This document shows, in pieces, positions 31,431 to 38,884 of a stretch of 56,997 nucleotides of DNA (positions are counted from its first letter, which is position 1; every line of letters starts with the position of its first letter). The notes beneath the pieces are model-generated. The model did not search any database. It was not told where the DNA came from and saw only the letters and a program-made list of their open reading frames with translations. The stretch spans positions 1 through 56,997 of the forward strand of contig JBKJRR010000133.1 in the NCBI GenBank assembly GCA_046594635.1. The letters are read 5' to 3'. The DNA comes from Burkholderiaceae bacterium. Its GTDB lineage: Bacteria; Pseudomonadota; Gammaproteobacteria; Burkholderiales; Burkholderiaceae_C. Made by a program: the position numbers and the translations under genes.

Positions 31431-32306
31431 ATGATGTTCCTTGCTTGTCGACTGTTTGCGTTGCTGACCATGATCTCGACTTTTCTTCTGGCCGGCTGCT
31501 CCGGCACAGGCATGCTCAACGCGGTGACGAATAGTGGCAACTACACGCTGCAATCCGACGTTGCCTACGGCACCTTGCCGCGCCAGAAACTCGACGTCTA
31601 CACGCCGACGGCGACCCGACCGGCGAACGGGTGGCCTGTCGTGGTGTTTTTCTACGGTGGTTCGTGGAACACCGGCGCGCGGGCCGACTACCAGTTCGTG
31701 GCTCAGTCGCTGGCCGGGCGGGGTGTGTTGACGCTGGTGGCCGACTATCGGCTCTATCCTGAGGTACGGTACCCGGACTTTCTGACCGACAGTGCACAGG
31801 CGCTCGCTTATGGCCTGGACCAGGTCGTGCCACTGGGCGCTGATCCGAAGCGGGTGTTCGTGATGGGTCACAGCGCCGGTGGCTACAACGCGGCAATGCT
31901 GGCGCTCGATGCGCGTTGGCTCAAGGCAGCTGGCCATGCGCCAACAGAATTGGCCGGATGGATCGGACTGGCCGGCCCCTATGATTTCTACCCGATCACC
32001 AACCCGGATGCCAAGCCGGTGTTTTTTCACCCGAACTATCCGCCCGACTCGCAGCCCATCACTTTCACGTCGGCCGACGCGCCGCGCAGCTTTCTGGCCG
32101 CAGCAACAGACGACAAACTGGTCAATCCCCAGCGCAATACGCAACAACTGGCAGACAAGTTGCGGGCTGCGGGTATTCCGGTGACCTTGAAGTTCTATCC
32201 ACGTGCCAACCACGTCACGCTGATCGGCGCATTCGCCTGGCCGCTGCGTTGGCTCGCGCCAGTGCTGGACGATGTGCAGGCCTTCATCGCTGCGGCGCCG
32301 AAGTGA
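31431..32306 (+). CDS. Lipoprotein alpha/beta hydrolase (esterase)
   Basis: Lipobox LAGC; FFYGGSW, DYRLYP, GHSAGG nucleophile, LAGPYDF, NH. Confidence 0.9.
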   Translation: MMFLACRLFALLTMISTFLLAGCSGTGMLNAVTNSGNYTLQSDVAYGTLPRQKLDVYTPTATRPANGWPVVVFFYGGSWNTGARADYQFVAQSLAGRGVLTLVADYRLYPEVRYPDFLTDSAQALAYGLDQVVPLGADPKRVFVMGHSAGGYNAAMLALDARWLKAAGHAPTELAGWIGLAGPYDFYPITNPDAKPVFFHPNYPPDSQPITFTSADAPRSFLAAATDDKLVNPQRNTQQLADKLRAAGIPVTLKFYPRANHVTLIGAFAWPLRWLAPVLDDVQAFIAAAPK

Positions 32307-32544
32307 CGATCAATACCGAAAGGAAGGACGACGCGGTCGCGCGCATCCGCCAGTTCGTGGGCAAGCGGCGCACATGCTCAACGATCGTCACCTGGCCCTG
32401 CTTGACTCCGGCTGCAGCCACCTGGTGCGTGCCTCCGCCCGCTTGCCAAGCCGGGTGCTCACGCTGGCCGGCGTCAGACCGTGTGTCGTGCCGCTGGGCG
32501 TGTTGCCCGAGCGCGCCACGGAAGAAACTGCGAGCGCCTGACCG

Positions 32545-33348
32545 ATGATGATGAACCGATTGCAGTCAGAGCTCGATCGCCTGTACCTGCCCAGGCCACA
32601 GGATCGCCCTGATGCGGCGGCGCAATCTGCGGCGCTGATCGATGCTGCGGGCAAGGTGCGCGCCATGGTGATGGAACTGACGCGACCGGCGAACTGGGAG
32701 GACTTGTCCAGGGTCTGGCAGGGGGTACAGGGTGAATTGGAACTTCCTGCCCCTGCCATCGCAGTCTCCGGTATTGATGGTCTGCAGCTGTGGTTCTCTC
32801 TCGCAGAGCCAATCGCCGTAGTGCAGGCGCGGGTTTTTCTGGAGGGGTTGCGACAGCGGTTTCTGACAGATATCGAATCCAGCCGCGTTCGCTTGATGCC
32901 CGCTTCGGATGCGTCAACAGCACGCGAGGAACGTCATGCCGCTCTTGTACCGGCGCTGCAACCAGACAGCGGTAATTGGTCGGCATTCCTGGCGCCTGAT
33001 CTGGTGCCGATATTTGCCGAGTCACCGTGGCTCGACATTCCACCCAATGAAGAAGGGCAGGCCGCCCTGTTGCGCAGCATCGAGGTAATGACGCAGTCTG
33101 CGTTCGACGCAGCATGCGCGAAGCTGGTGCCAGCCCAGCCTCCACTGCATTCGACGATTGCGGTTGTGGCCAAAGTCGGCGAATCCATGACCCTCGAGCA
33201 AGTATCGGTCGCTTCTGCGGGCGCAGATCCAGCGAAGTTTTTGCTCCGGGTCATGAACGACGATAGCGTTGCGCTGGCGCTGCGAATAGAAGCGGCGAAG
33301 GTCCTGCTGCAGCACGCAAACCATCGTCAGCGCAAACCTGTCGGCTGA
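32545..33348 (+). CDS. Hypothetical protein, possibly a degenerate AEP/primase-like fold
   Basis: 267-aa ORF; AVSGIDGLQLWFSLAEP resembles AEP motif II; C-terminal DP..FLL.VMND...LRIEAAK.LL helical module. Confidence 0.7.
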   Translation: MMMNRLQSELDRLYLPRPQDRPDAAAQSAALIDAAGKVRAMVMELTRPANWEDLSRVWQGVQGELELPAPAIAVSGIDGLQLWFSLAEPIAVVQARVFLEGLRQRFLTDIESSRVRLMPASDASTAREERHAALVPALQPDSGNWSAFLAPDLVPIFAESPWLDIPPNEEGQAALLRSIEVMTQSAFDAACAKLVPAQPPLHSTIAVVAKVGESMTLEQVSVASAGADPAKFLLRVMNDDSVALALRIEAAKVLLQHANHRQRKPVG

Positions 33349-33364
33349 GCCGCCCAGGCGTTGT

Positions 33365-34162
33365 TCAGTTTGACAGGCTTTGGGTTTCAGCGTTTGCAGG
33401 CAGCCATCTGGCAAGCTCGCGCAGTCTTTGGTGAGCGGGACTTTCCCACGTGACGGGTTGCTGATTCCTCGCATGCAGATAGTGGTGCGTGAACACGTCC
33501 AGATAAGCCGCCAGCGTTTGCCCAGCCACGTCTTCGCCTGCCAGGGCGAGGCATAACGCAGCCACCTCACTGGTGCAGAAGTGATCGTCGCGGCGCGATC
33601 GTCGCAACCTGTATTGCGATTTCACGTCCGGCTGCAGACTGAGCACGGGCAGGGCGTTGAGGTAGGGGCTTTTACCGAACATCTTGCGGGCCTCGGTCCA
33701 GGTGCCGTCCAGCAGGATGAACAGGGGGCGTTTGTCCTTCGCAGTGCATGCCGTAGCGGCACTTGGAACCGTGGTCACGACACGCTCGGGGGCCGCGTAT
33801 TGCGCAGGAAATACCACATAAGCCTGCCATTGCGGATCGTTCAGCAGGGTCAGCAGCGCGGGGTCGGTCTCGGTGCGCGCCCAGCCGAAGGCGAACGTGT
33901 CGGGCACGATGTCTGCCACCAACCAGCCGGTGTTGCTGGGCTTGAGTGGCTCTATGTCGGCCATCAGCAGACATACCCCTGGGCGGGCTGCGACGACAGG
34001 GCGCAGGGAACACATGCAGTGGCTGGGCACCAACCGGCAGTCGGCACATCGCTCGCGCTTGGATCCTCCCCGGGCGAGAAAGGGTTTGGTGCTGCGCGCG
34101 AGTCGGCTGGTGCGAAGGAGGGATACGGCATGGGGCATGCGCCGATTGTCGGGCTGCGGCAT
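33365..34162 (-). CDS. DTW-domain tRNA-uridine aminocarboxypropyltransferase (TapT/YfiP-like); start uncertain
   Basis: C..C.....C.C, EPLKPSNTG, ILLDGTW.EARKM, SPYL, Y.LR, CTSEV. Confidence 0.88.
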   Translation of the reverse strand: MPQPDNRRMPHAVSLLRTSRLARSTKPFLARGGSKRERCADCRLVPSHCMCSLRPVVAARPGVCLLMADIEPLKPSNTGWLVADIVPDTFAFGWARTETDPALLTLLNDPQWQAYVVFPAQYAAPERVVTTVPSAATACTAKDKRPLFILLDGTWTEARKMFGKSPYLNALPVLSLQPDVKSQYRLRRSRRDDHFCTSEVAALCLALAGEDVAGQTLAAYLDVFTHHYLHARNQQPVTWESPAHQRLRELARWLPANAETQSLSN

Positions 34163-34197
34163 GTCGAACATAGACGGCACAGACGATGCGAAAGCAA

Positions 34198-34228
34198 AAA
34201 TTGAAAAGGGCCGCAATGGCGGCCCGTT
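34198..34228 (-). terminator. Intrinsic terminator after csbD
   Basis: GGGCCGC-N4-GCGGCCC hairpin followed by TTTTCAATTTTT on the minus strand. Confidence 0.7.
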
Positions 34229-34250
34229 CAGATGTGGCGCAAAGCCCGCA

Positions 34251-34436
34251 TCAAGCCTTGTCGATCTTGTCCTTCAAGGCTTCTTTGGCGTTGCCAACGT
34301 TTTTCTGCACGTTGCCTTGGACTTGCTTTGCCAGGCCCTTGGCCTGCTGCTCCTTGCTATTGAAAAGCTCGCCGGCCTTCTTTTGAACCTTGCCGACAGC
34401 TTCCTTGGTGGCACCTTTGACTTGATCGCGGTTCAT
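34251..34436 (-). CDS. csbD: CsbD family stress protein
   Basis: MNRDQVKGATKEAVGKVQKKAG...KG...QVQG..QK.VG.AK; AGGAGA SD. Confidence 0.9.
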   Translation of the reverse strand: MNRDQVKGATKEAVGKVQKKAGELFNSKEQQAKGLAKQVQGNVQKNVGNAKEALKDKIDKA

Positions 34437-34637
34437 TATTTCTCTCCTTGAGTTGCATGTTGCAGGATCAGAAGGATTTTCCGGATCCGCCATTGCATTG
34501 GGCCCGATGGCTGGCGCCGCGTATGCCGGTTCACGCCGCGTACGTTTGTAAGAGGTGACCTACGCTGTCATTTTGCCGGGGCATCGCAGGTTGGAACCCG
34601 GGCCGAAACCTGTCGTTCACAGTCGCAGATCGACGGT

Positions 34638-35735
34638 TCAACGTGCCCTGTAGCGCTCCACGACCGCCATGTCAGGCTCAAAGCCATGGCCTGGCCGCTG
34701 CGAAATGGCAACCTTGCCTGCTGTGGGCCGTGGCGTTCCACCGGTGGCCAGATCGCCGTCCAATGCCACGTAAAGATACTCCAGCAATGGCGCTCCATGC
34801 AGACCCGCCATCAGTTGCAAGGTGGTGAAGTAGCCAACGCCGAAGTAGGGCGAGTGCGGCATCACGGCCAGGCCATGGGCCGCAGCCATCTTCACGACCG
34901 CCACAAATTCGGTCACTCCGCCGACCTTGGTCACCGACGGCTGCAGATAGGTCACGGCGCCGGCTTCGATGATGCGGGCAAATTCATGTCGGGTGCAGGC
35001 GTTCTCACCTGCGCCGAGCGGGAACTGGCGGTTCAGCGCGGCCTGGTTGCGAATGTCTTCGGGGGGGAAGATCGGCTCCTCCAGCCAGCTGGCATCGATC
35101 TCGTGCAGCGCAGCGAGTTTTTCCTGCGCCTGCTTCGGTGTCCAGGCGCAGTTGACGTCGACTGAAATGCTCACGTCCGGCCCGCAGGCAGCGCGCGCCG
35201 CCCGCATCACGGCAGGGTCGACCTCATGCAGCTTGATCGCGCGGTAGCCCTGGGCCAGCGCCTGGCGGCAGTGTTTCTGCACCAGCGCTTCATCGGCATA
35301 CCGCACCAGGCTGGCGTAAGCGTCGACTTCGGTGCGTAGCGCAGGGCCAAGCAAAGCATGCAGCGGCAGACCCTGGGCCTTGGCCGCCAGATCCCACAAC
35401 GCGATGTCGAAGCCTGAAATGGCGAACATCGTGACGCCATAGCGGCCGAACAGGTGCAGCCGCTGCTGCATTTCCAGCGTCAGCGCCTCAGGTGTCACGG
35501 CCAGTTCCCGACCCCGCAACAGCGGCGCCACCATGTCACGGGCCGACGCTGCCACCGCGCTGCGGCACGAATACGCAAAACACTCGCCCCAGCCGATCAG
35601 GCCGGTATCGGTCTGCAGCCGGACGAATACCACTTCCAAAGTGTTCCAGCGGGTGGTCATGATGCCGGTGCCGGCGGCGCCGCCATCGGTGAACGGCACA
35701 ACGGCTTCAATGATGTCGATATGGGTGATTTTCAT
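34638..35735 (-). CDS. Mandelate racemase/muconate lactonizing enzyme family (enolase superfamily)
   Basis: G.IGWGE, DIALWDL.AK, VDVN, WLEEP, AGEN, QPSV.K.GG, PH. Confidence 0.92.
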   Translation of the reverse strand: MKITHIDIIEAVVPFTDGGAAGTGIMTTRWNTLEVVFVRLQTDTGLIGWGECFAYSCRSAVAASARDMVAPLLRGRELAVTPEALTLEMQQRLHLFGRYGVTMFAISGFDIALWDLAAKAQGLPLHALLGPALRTEVDAYASLVRYADEALVQKHCRQALAQGYRAIKLHEVDPAVMRAARAACGPDVSISVDVNCAWTPKQAQEKLAALHEIDASWLEEPIFPPEDIRNQAALNRQFPLGAGENACTRHEFARIIEAGAVTYLQPSVTKVGGVTEFVAVVKMAAAHGLAVMPHSPYFGVGYFTTLQLMAGLHGAPLLEYLYVALDGDLATGGTPRPTAGKVAISQRPGHGFEPDMAVVERYRAR

Positions 35736-35839
35736 GGCAATGCGGGCAAGGGGGGCCGGTGAGACGGTCGCGCAGGGTCGCGGCTTGGCGTCAGTCTAAG
35801 TCAGTCGGCCCGCCGAGCGTGAGGTGTGAGTTGACGAAC

Positions 35840-36173
35840 AATACAGCCGTGGCGCCAAGGTCTCTCAAGGGCTGTGTCCAGACTTGCGGAGTGTGCTGCA
35901 CCGGTTTGCCTTTCAGGTCGGCAAGCGCCGGTTGCAGGGTTCGGGTCCGATCGACCCGTACCCTGGCAATGGCAGAGTTGTCGGGACCTGTGATAACCAG
36001 CGTTGCATTGCGCCATCGGCAAAGGTGTCGGGAGCCGTTGCCCGGTAAAGCCCGCGCGGCGCCTTCGGCGCAGCGTCGGTCAGTCCGTTGATGTGGTTGC
36101 CCGAGATATCAGGCACAAGCGCCATCTGGTCGGGGTGGGGTGTCAATGGACGCAGCGGATTGGGTCGGGCCAT
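35840..36173 (-). pseudogene. Frameshifted 5' fragment, probably of a 4Fe-4S dicluster (QueG/reductive-dehalogenase-like) gene
   Basis: MARPNP.RP.TP.PDQ.AL.PDISGN.INGL...MQRW, continuing in a shifted frame as PDNSAIARVRVDRTRTLQPALADLKGKPVQHTPQVWT and then lost. Family assignment is from memory. Confidence 0.4.
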
Positions 36174-36222
36174 GTCGCTGCGTTCTCATCTTTGACAGGC
36201 TAGCTTGGGATTGCCAGGTTGG

Positions 36223-37401
36223 CTACGGGTGAACAGGGCCGTGTGTCGCAGGACGGGCGCCTCGCATCAGGAGCAGACACAGTGCAGACAACACGGCACC
36301 GGCGGTGGCCGCACCGCTCCATCCCCATTGTTCGACACACGCTGCAAAAAGTGGCGGGCCCAACAGCGACCCGGTGGCGCCCAGTTGCAAGGTCAGGCCG
36401 TTGGCCACGGCCATCTCGCCGTCAGAATGTGCCAGCACCGGCAGCAGCGCAAATGCCAGGCCCGAGTACACACCCGAAATGGTGTTGAGCACCAGCATCA
36501 GCGCGACAACCTGCCAGATGCCGGCGCTGTCGTTGAATACCCCGAACAGCATGAGTGCTGGCAGTACCACCGACACCACCATCCAGACGCCGGTGCGTGC
36601 GCCATGGTGGCGCAACCAGGCAGACAGCACCACGCCCAGTACCGATATGAAGGCCGATACACCGCCGACCAGTCCGGCCACCCGTGCGCTGGCGCCTGCC
36701 TGCTCCACCAGGAAGCTTGGCAGCAGGGCGATGATGCCCACGGCAAAGCTGGCCCAACAGCCGAAACCCAGTGTCAGTGCCCAGATGCGCCGGCTTGGCA
36801 GCACCAGGCGGCGCGTGTGTCCAAGGGCTGACGGAACAAACGTCATGCGGCTGGAGAGCAGCCCCATCAGTGCCGCGATCAGGGCCCAGCCCAGTGTGGC
36901 GGCACGCCAGGAGAGCAGGTCGGCGATCAGTCCCGATCCCATGGCACCCAGCGCGAAGCCGACCGGCACGAAGCTGCTCCACAAGGCCAGCGCCACTGTG
37001 CGGTTTTGTGTTGGCGCAGTGCGGAAGATCAGCAGCGGCGCCGCAATCACGATGCTCAGGTAACCAGCCCCCTCGCAGACTCGCCATGCGATCAGCGATG
37101 CCACCGACGTTGACAGGCTCTCGCCGAGGTTCCCGGCCACGATCAGGCCGACGCCGCTCACCAGCACGCGCGCCACGCCCAGCCGATCGACCATCAGCCC
37201 GGCGACAAACCCGAGCGTAGCGCCGCCGATCTCGAGCAGAGAAATCAGCACACCGGTCATGGTGAGTCCGATGACCAATTCGCTGGCGATCAAAGGCGCC
37301 AGTGCCGACATTTTTCCCAGTTGTGCTGCCGCCAATACGCCCAGTGCGTACAACCAGGCTATTCGGCGCCAGGTTTGCTCCATCGATTCGTCCGTCTCCA
37401 A
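36223..37401 (-). CDS. MFS transporter
   Basis: About 12 hydrophobic segments, G..VDRLG..R motif A. Confidence 0.88.
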   Translation of the reverse strand: METDESMEQTWRRIAWLYALGVLAAAQLGKMSALAPLIASELVIGLTMTGVLISLLEIGGATLGFVAGLMVDRLGVARVLVSGVGLIVAGNLGESLSTSVASLIAWRVCEGAGYLSIVIAAPLLIFRTAPTQNRTVALALWSSFVPVGFALGAMGSGLIADLLSWRAATLGWALIAALMGLLSSRMTFVPSALGHTRRLVLPSRRIWALTLGFGCWASFAVGIIALLPSFLVEQAGASARVAGLVGGVSAFISVLGVVLSAWLRHHGARTGVWMVVSVVLPALMLFGVFNDSAGIWQVVALMLVLNTISGVYSGLAFALLPVLAHSDGEMAVANGLTLQLGATGSLLGPPLFAACVEQWGWSGAATAGAVLSALCLLLMRGARPATHGPVHP

Positions 37402-37435
37402 ATGTGGGCGCGCAGCCTAAGCGCAGTGCCCAACT

Positions 37436-37768
37436 TTACCGCGGGCCGGAAAACACACGCGGTGTCGGTGGGGCCAGGCAGCGCTTCAAGACATGGGCCT
37501 TGACACGGCCGCTGCGACGGAGAAAACGGTAGCCGAACGGATTGGCGGTTGCAAGCCAAAGACCGATGCCGGTGGCAATGATGAAGGCACCGTCGGTCAC
37601 GCCGACAGCCAGGAAATATTTGCGTTGCAGTTCGCAGGCCAGTTCCGGCTGGCGCGCGACACTGTCAAGCAACTTCATGCTGGCCAGGCCAATACCGATG
37701 CAGGACCCGAAGGCCGGGATGCCGATCAGCAGTGCAATTGCCAAGGGGAGGAGGTCGTTCGAGGCCAT
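37436..37768 (-). CDS. atpE: Orphan F0F1 ATP synthase subunit c paralogue with C-terminal extension
   Basis: AAGGA SD; GSCIGIG glycine stripe, ARQPEL loop, conserved carboxylate in GVTDGAFII, ANPF end motif. Confidence 0.85.
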   Translation of the reverse strand: MASNDLLPLAIALLIGIPAFGSCIGIGLASMKLLDSVARQPELACELQRKYFLAVGVTDGAFIIATGIGLWLATANPFGYRFLRRSGRVKAHVLKRCLAPPTPRVFSGPR

Positions 37769-37892
37769 GGTGCAGGTTTTCCTTTCGTCGTCGGGTGCCA
37801 GGGCGGTTGCCATGGTGCAACCAGTGTCTGACACGATCCACACCCGATCCATTACCTGCCAGGTAAACAAATGGCCCCGCGAATGGCCCCGT

Positions 37893-38165
37893 TCAGCGCC
37901 GTTTGCGCGCCTGGTCGTATTTGCGCCAGTAGCCGAATTCCTCGGCGTGCAATTCGATGTCGACTTCCATCACGCGGGCCTGCAATCGCTCCTGCACGTC
38001 GCTGACCGCCTGGTTGTAGATGGCCGGGCCGATCTCCTCGACGAAGAACCCGAGCAGGGCGGCCGCCGCGATATTTCCGATGCGTTCGTCCATGTTCTCA
38101 TTGAAATAGCGCTCGATGGAGCTGATGGCCTGCTTGCGTGCGGCGTCGTTGAGCGTCACATCCAT
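37893..38165 (-). CDS. DUF2164 family protein
   Basis: SIERYF.E..DE.IG...A..LL.FF.EEIGP.IYNQAV.D. Confidence 0.88.
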   Translation of the reverse strand: MDVTLNDAARKQAISSIERYFNENMDERIGNIAAAALLGFFVEEIGPAIYNQAVSDVQERLQARVMEVDIELHAEEFGYWRKYDQARKRR

Positions 38166-38237
38166 GGCGTTTGGGTCCTTTGCGTGTGCGGTTGGGAACA
38201 GGCCACCTGGATATGACGGGCGCAGGCGAGGTGCGAA

Positions 38238-38807
38238 TCAGTCCTCGCGCGCGCCCGGCAGCGGGCCGGACAAACGCCGGCGGCGGCGTTTGAACCAGGT
38301 CCAGCCATACCAGGCCAGCGATGTGACAGCATAGGACAGCAGGCCCATCAGGGTTGCCAGAATGGTCAGGCCCAGCAGCAGCGGTTTGCCCATGTCCGAC
38401 ACCCGCTTCCACATGGGCTTGTGTTGCGGCGCCAGGGCGGCTGTCTGTATGCCGTTCGGGGACGGCAACGCATCGACAGGCGCGGTACCAATGATGCTGT
38501 GACCCAGCTGATAGGCGGCGTAATATAGCGGGCCGAAAGTCAGCGGATTGGTCACCAGCGTACTGACAGCAGCAGCGGGCACATTTGCGCGCAGCAGCAC
38601 GGCGGCGCCTACTGACAGTGGAATCTGCGCTACCGGAACGAGCAAGCCGAAAAACATGCCCAGCGCCACGCCCATGGCCACGCCACGGCGCGACCAGCGC
38701 CAAAGGCGCGGACGGCGCAACCACGGGCTCAGCCAGCGCAACCAGCGGTTGTCGCGAATCTGGGCCCGGGTGGGAATCATCTCCCGCAGGCGGGTGAGCC
38801 ACAACAT
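38238..38807 (-). CDS. DUF2062 family membrane protein
   Basis: LW.WSRRGVA.GVALG.F, LLRANVP, TLVTNPLT.GP. Confidence 0.88.
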   Translation of the reverse strand: MLWLTRLREMIPTRAQIRDNRWLRWLSPWLRRPRLWRWSRRGVAMGVALGMFFGLLVPVAQIPLSVGAAVLLRANVPAAAVSTLVTNPLTFGPLYYAAYQLGHSIIGTAPVDALPSPNGIQTAALAPQHKPMWKRVSDMGKPLLLGLTILATLMGLLSYAVTSLAWYGWTWFKRRRRRLSGPLPGARED

Positions 38808-38884
38808 GCAAATTCTCCAGACAGGAAGGTTTTCAAGGTTCGACGGGTGCGGCCCACAGACGGTGACTGGCTTGGCAAAGGCAC

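Noticed and set aside
32307-32544. Protein-like fragments between the esterase and the hypothetical gene
   Set aside because: Could be a remnant, but I cannot assign a family or a consistent frame.
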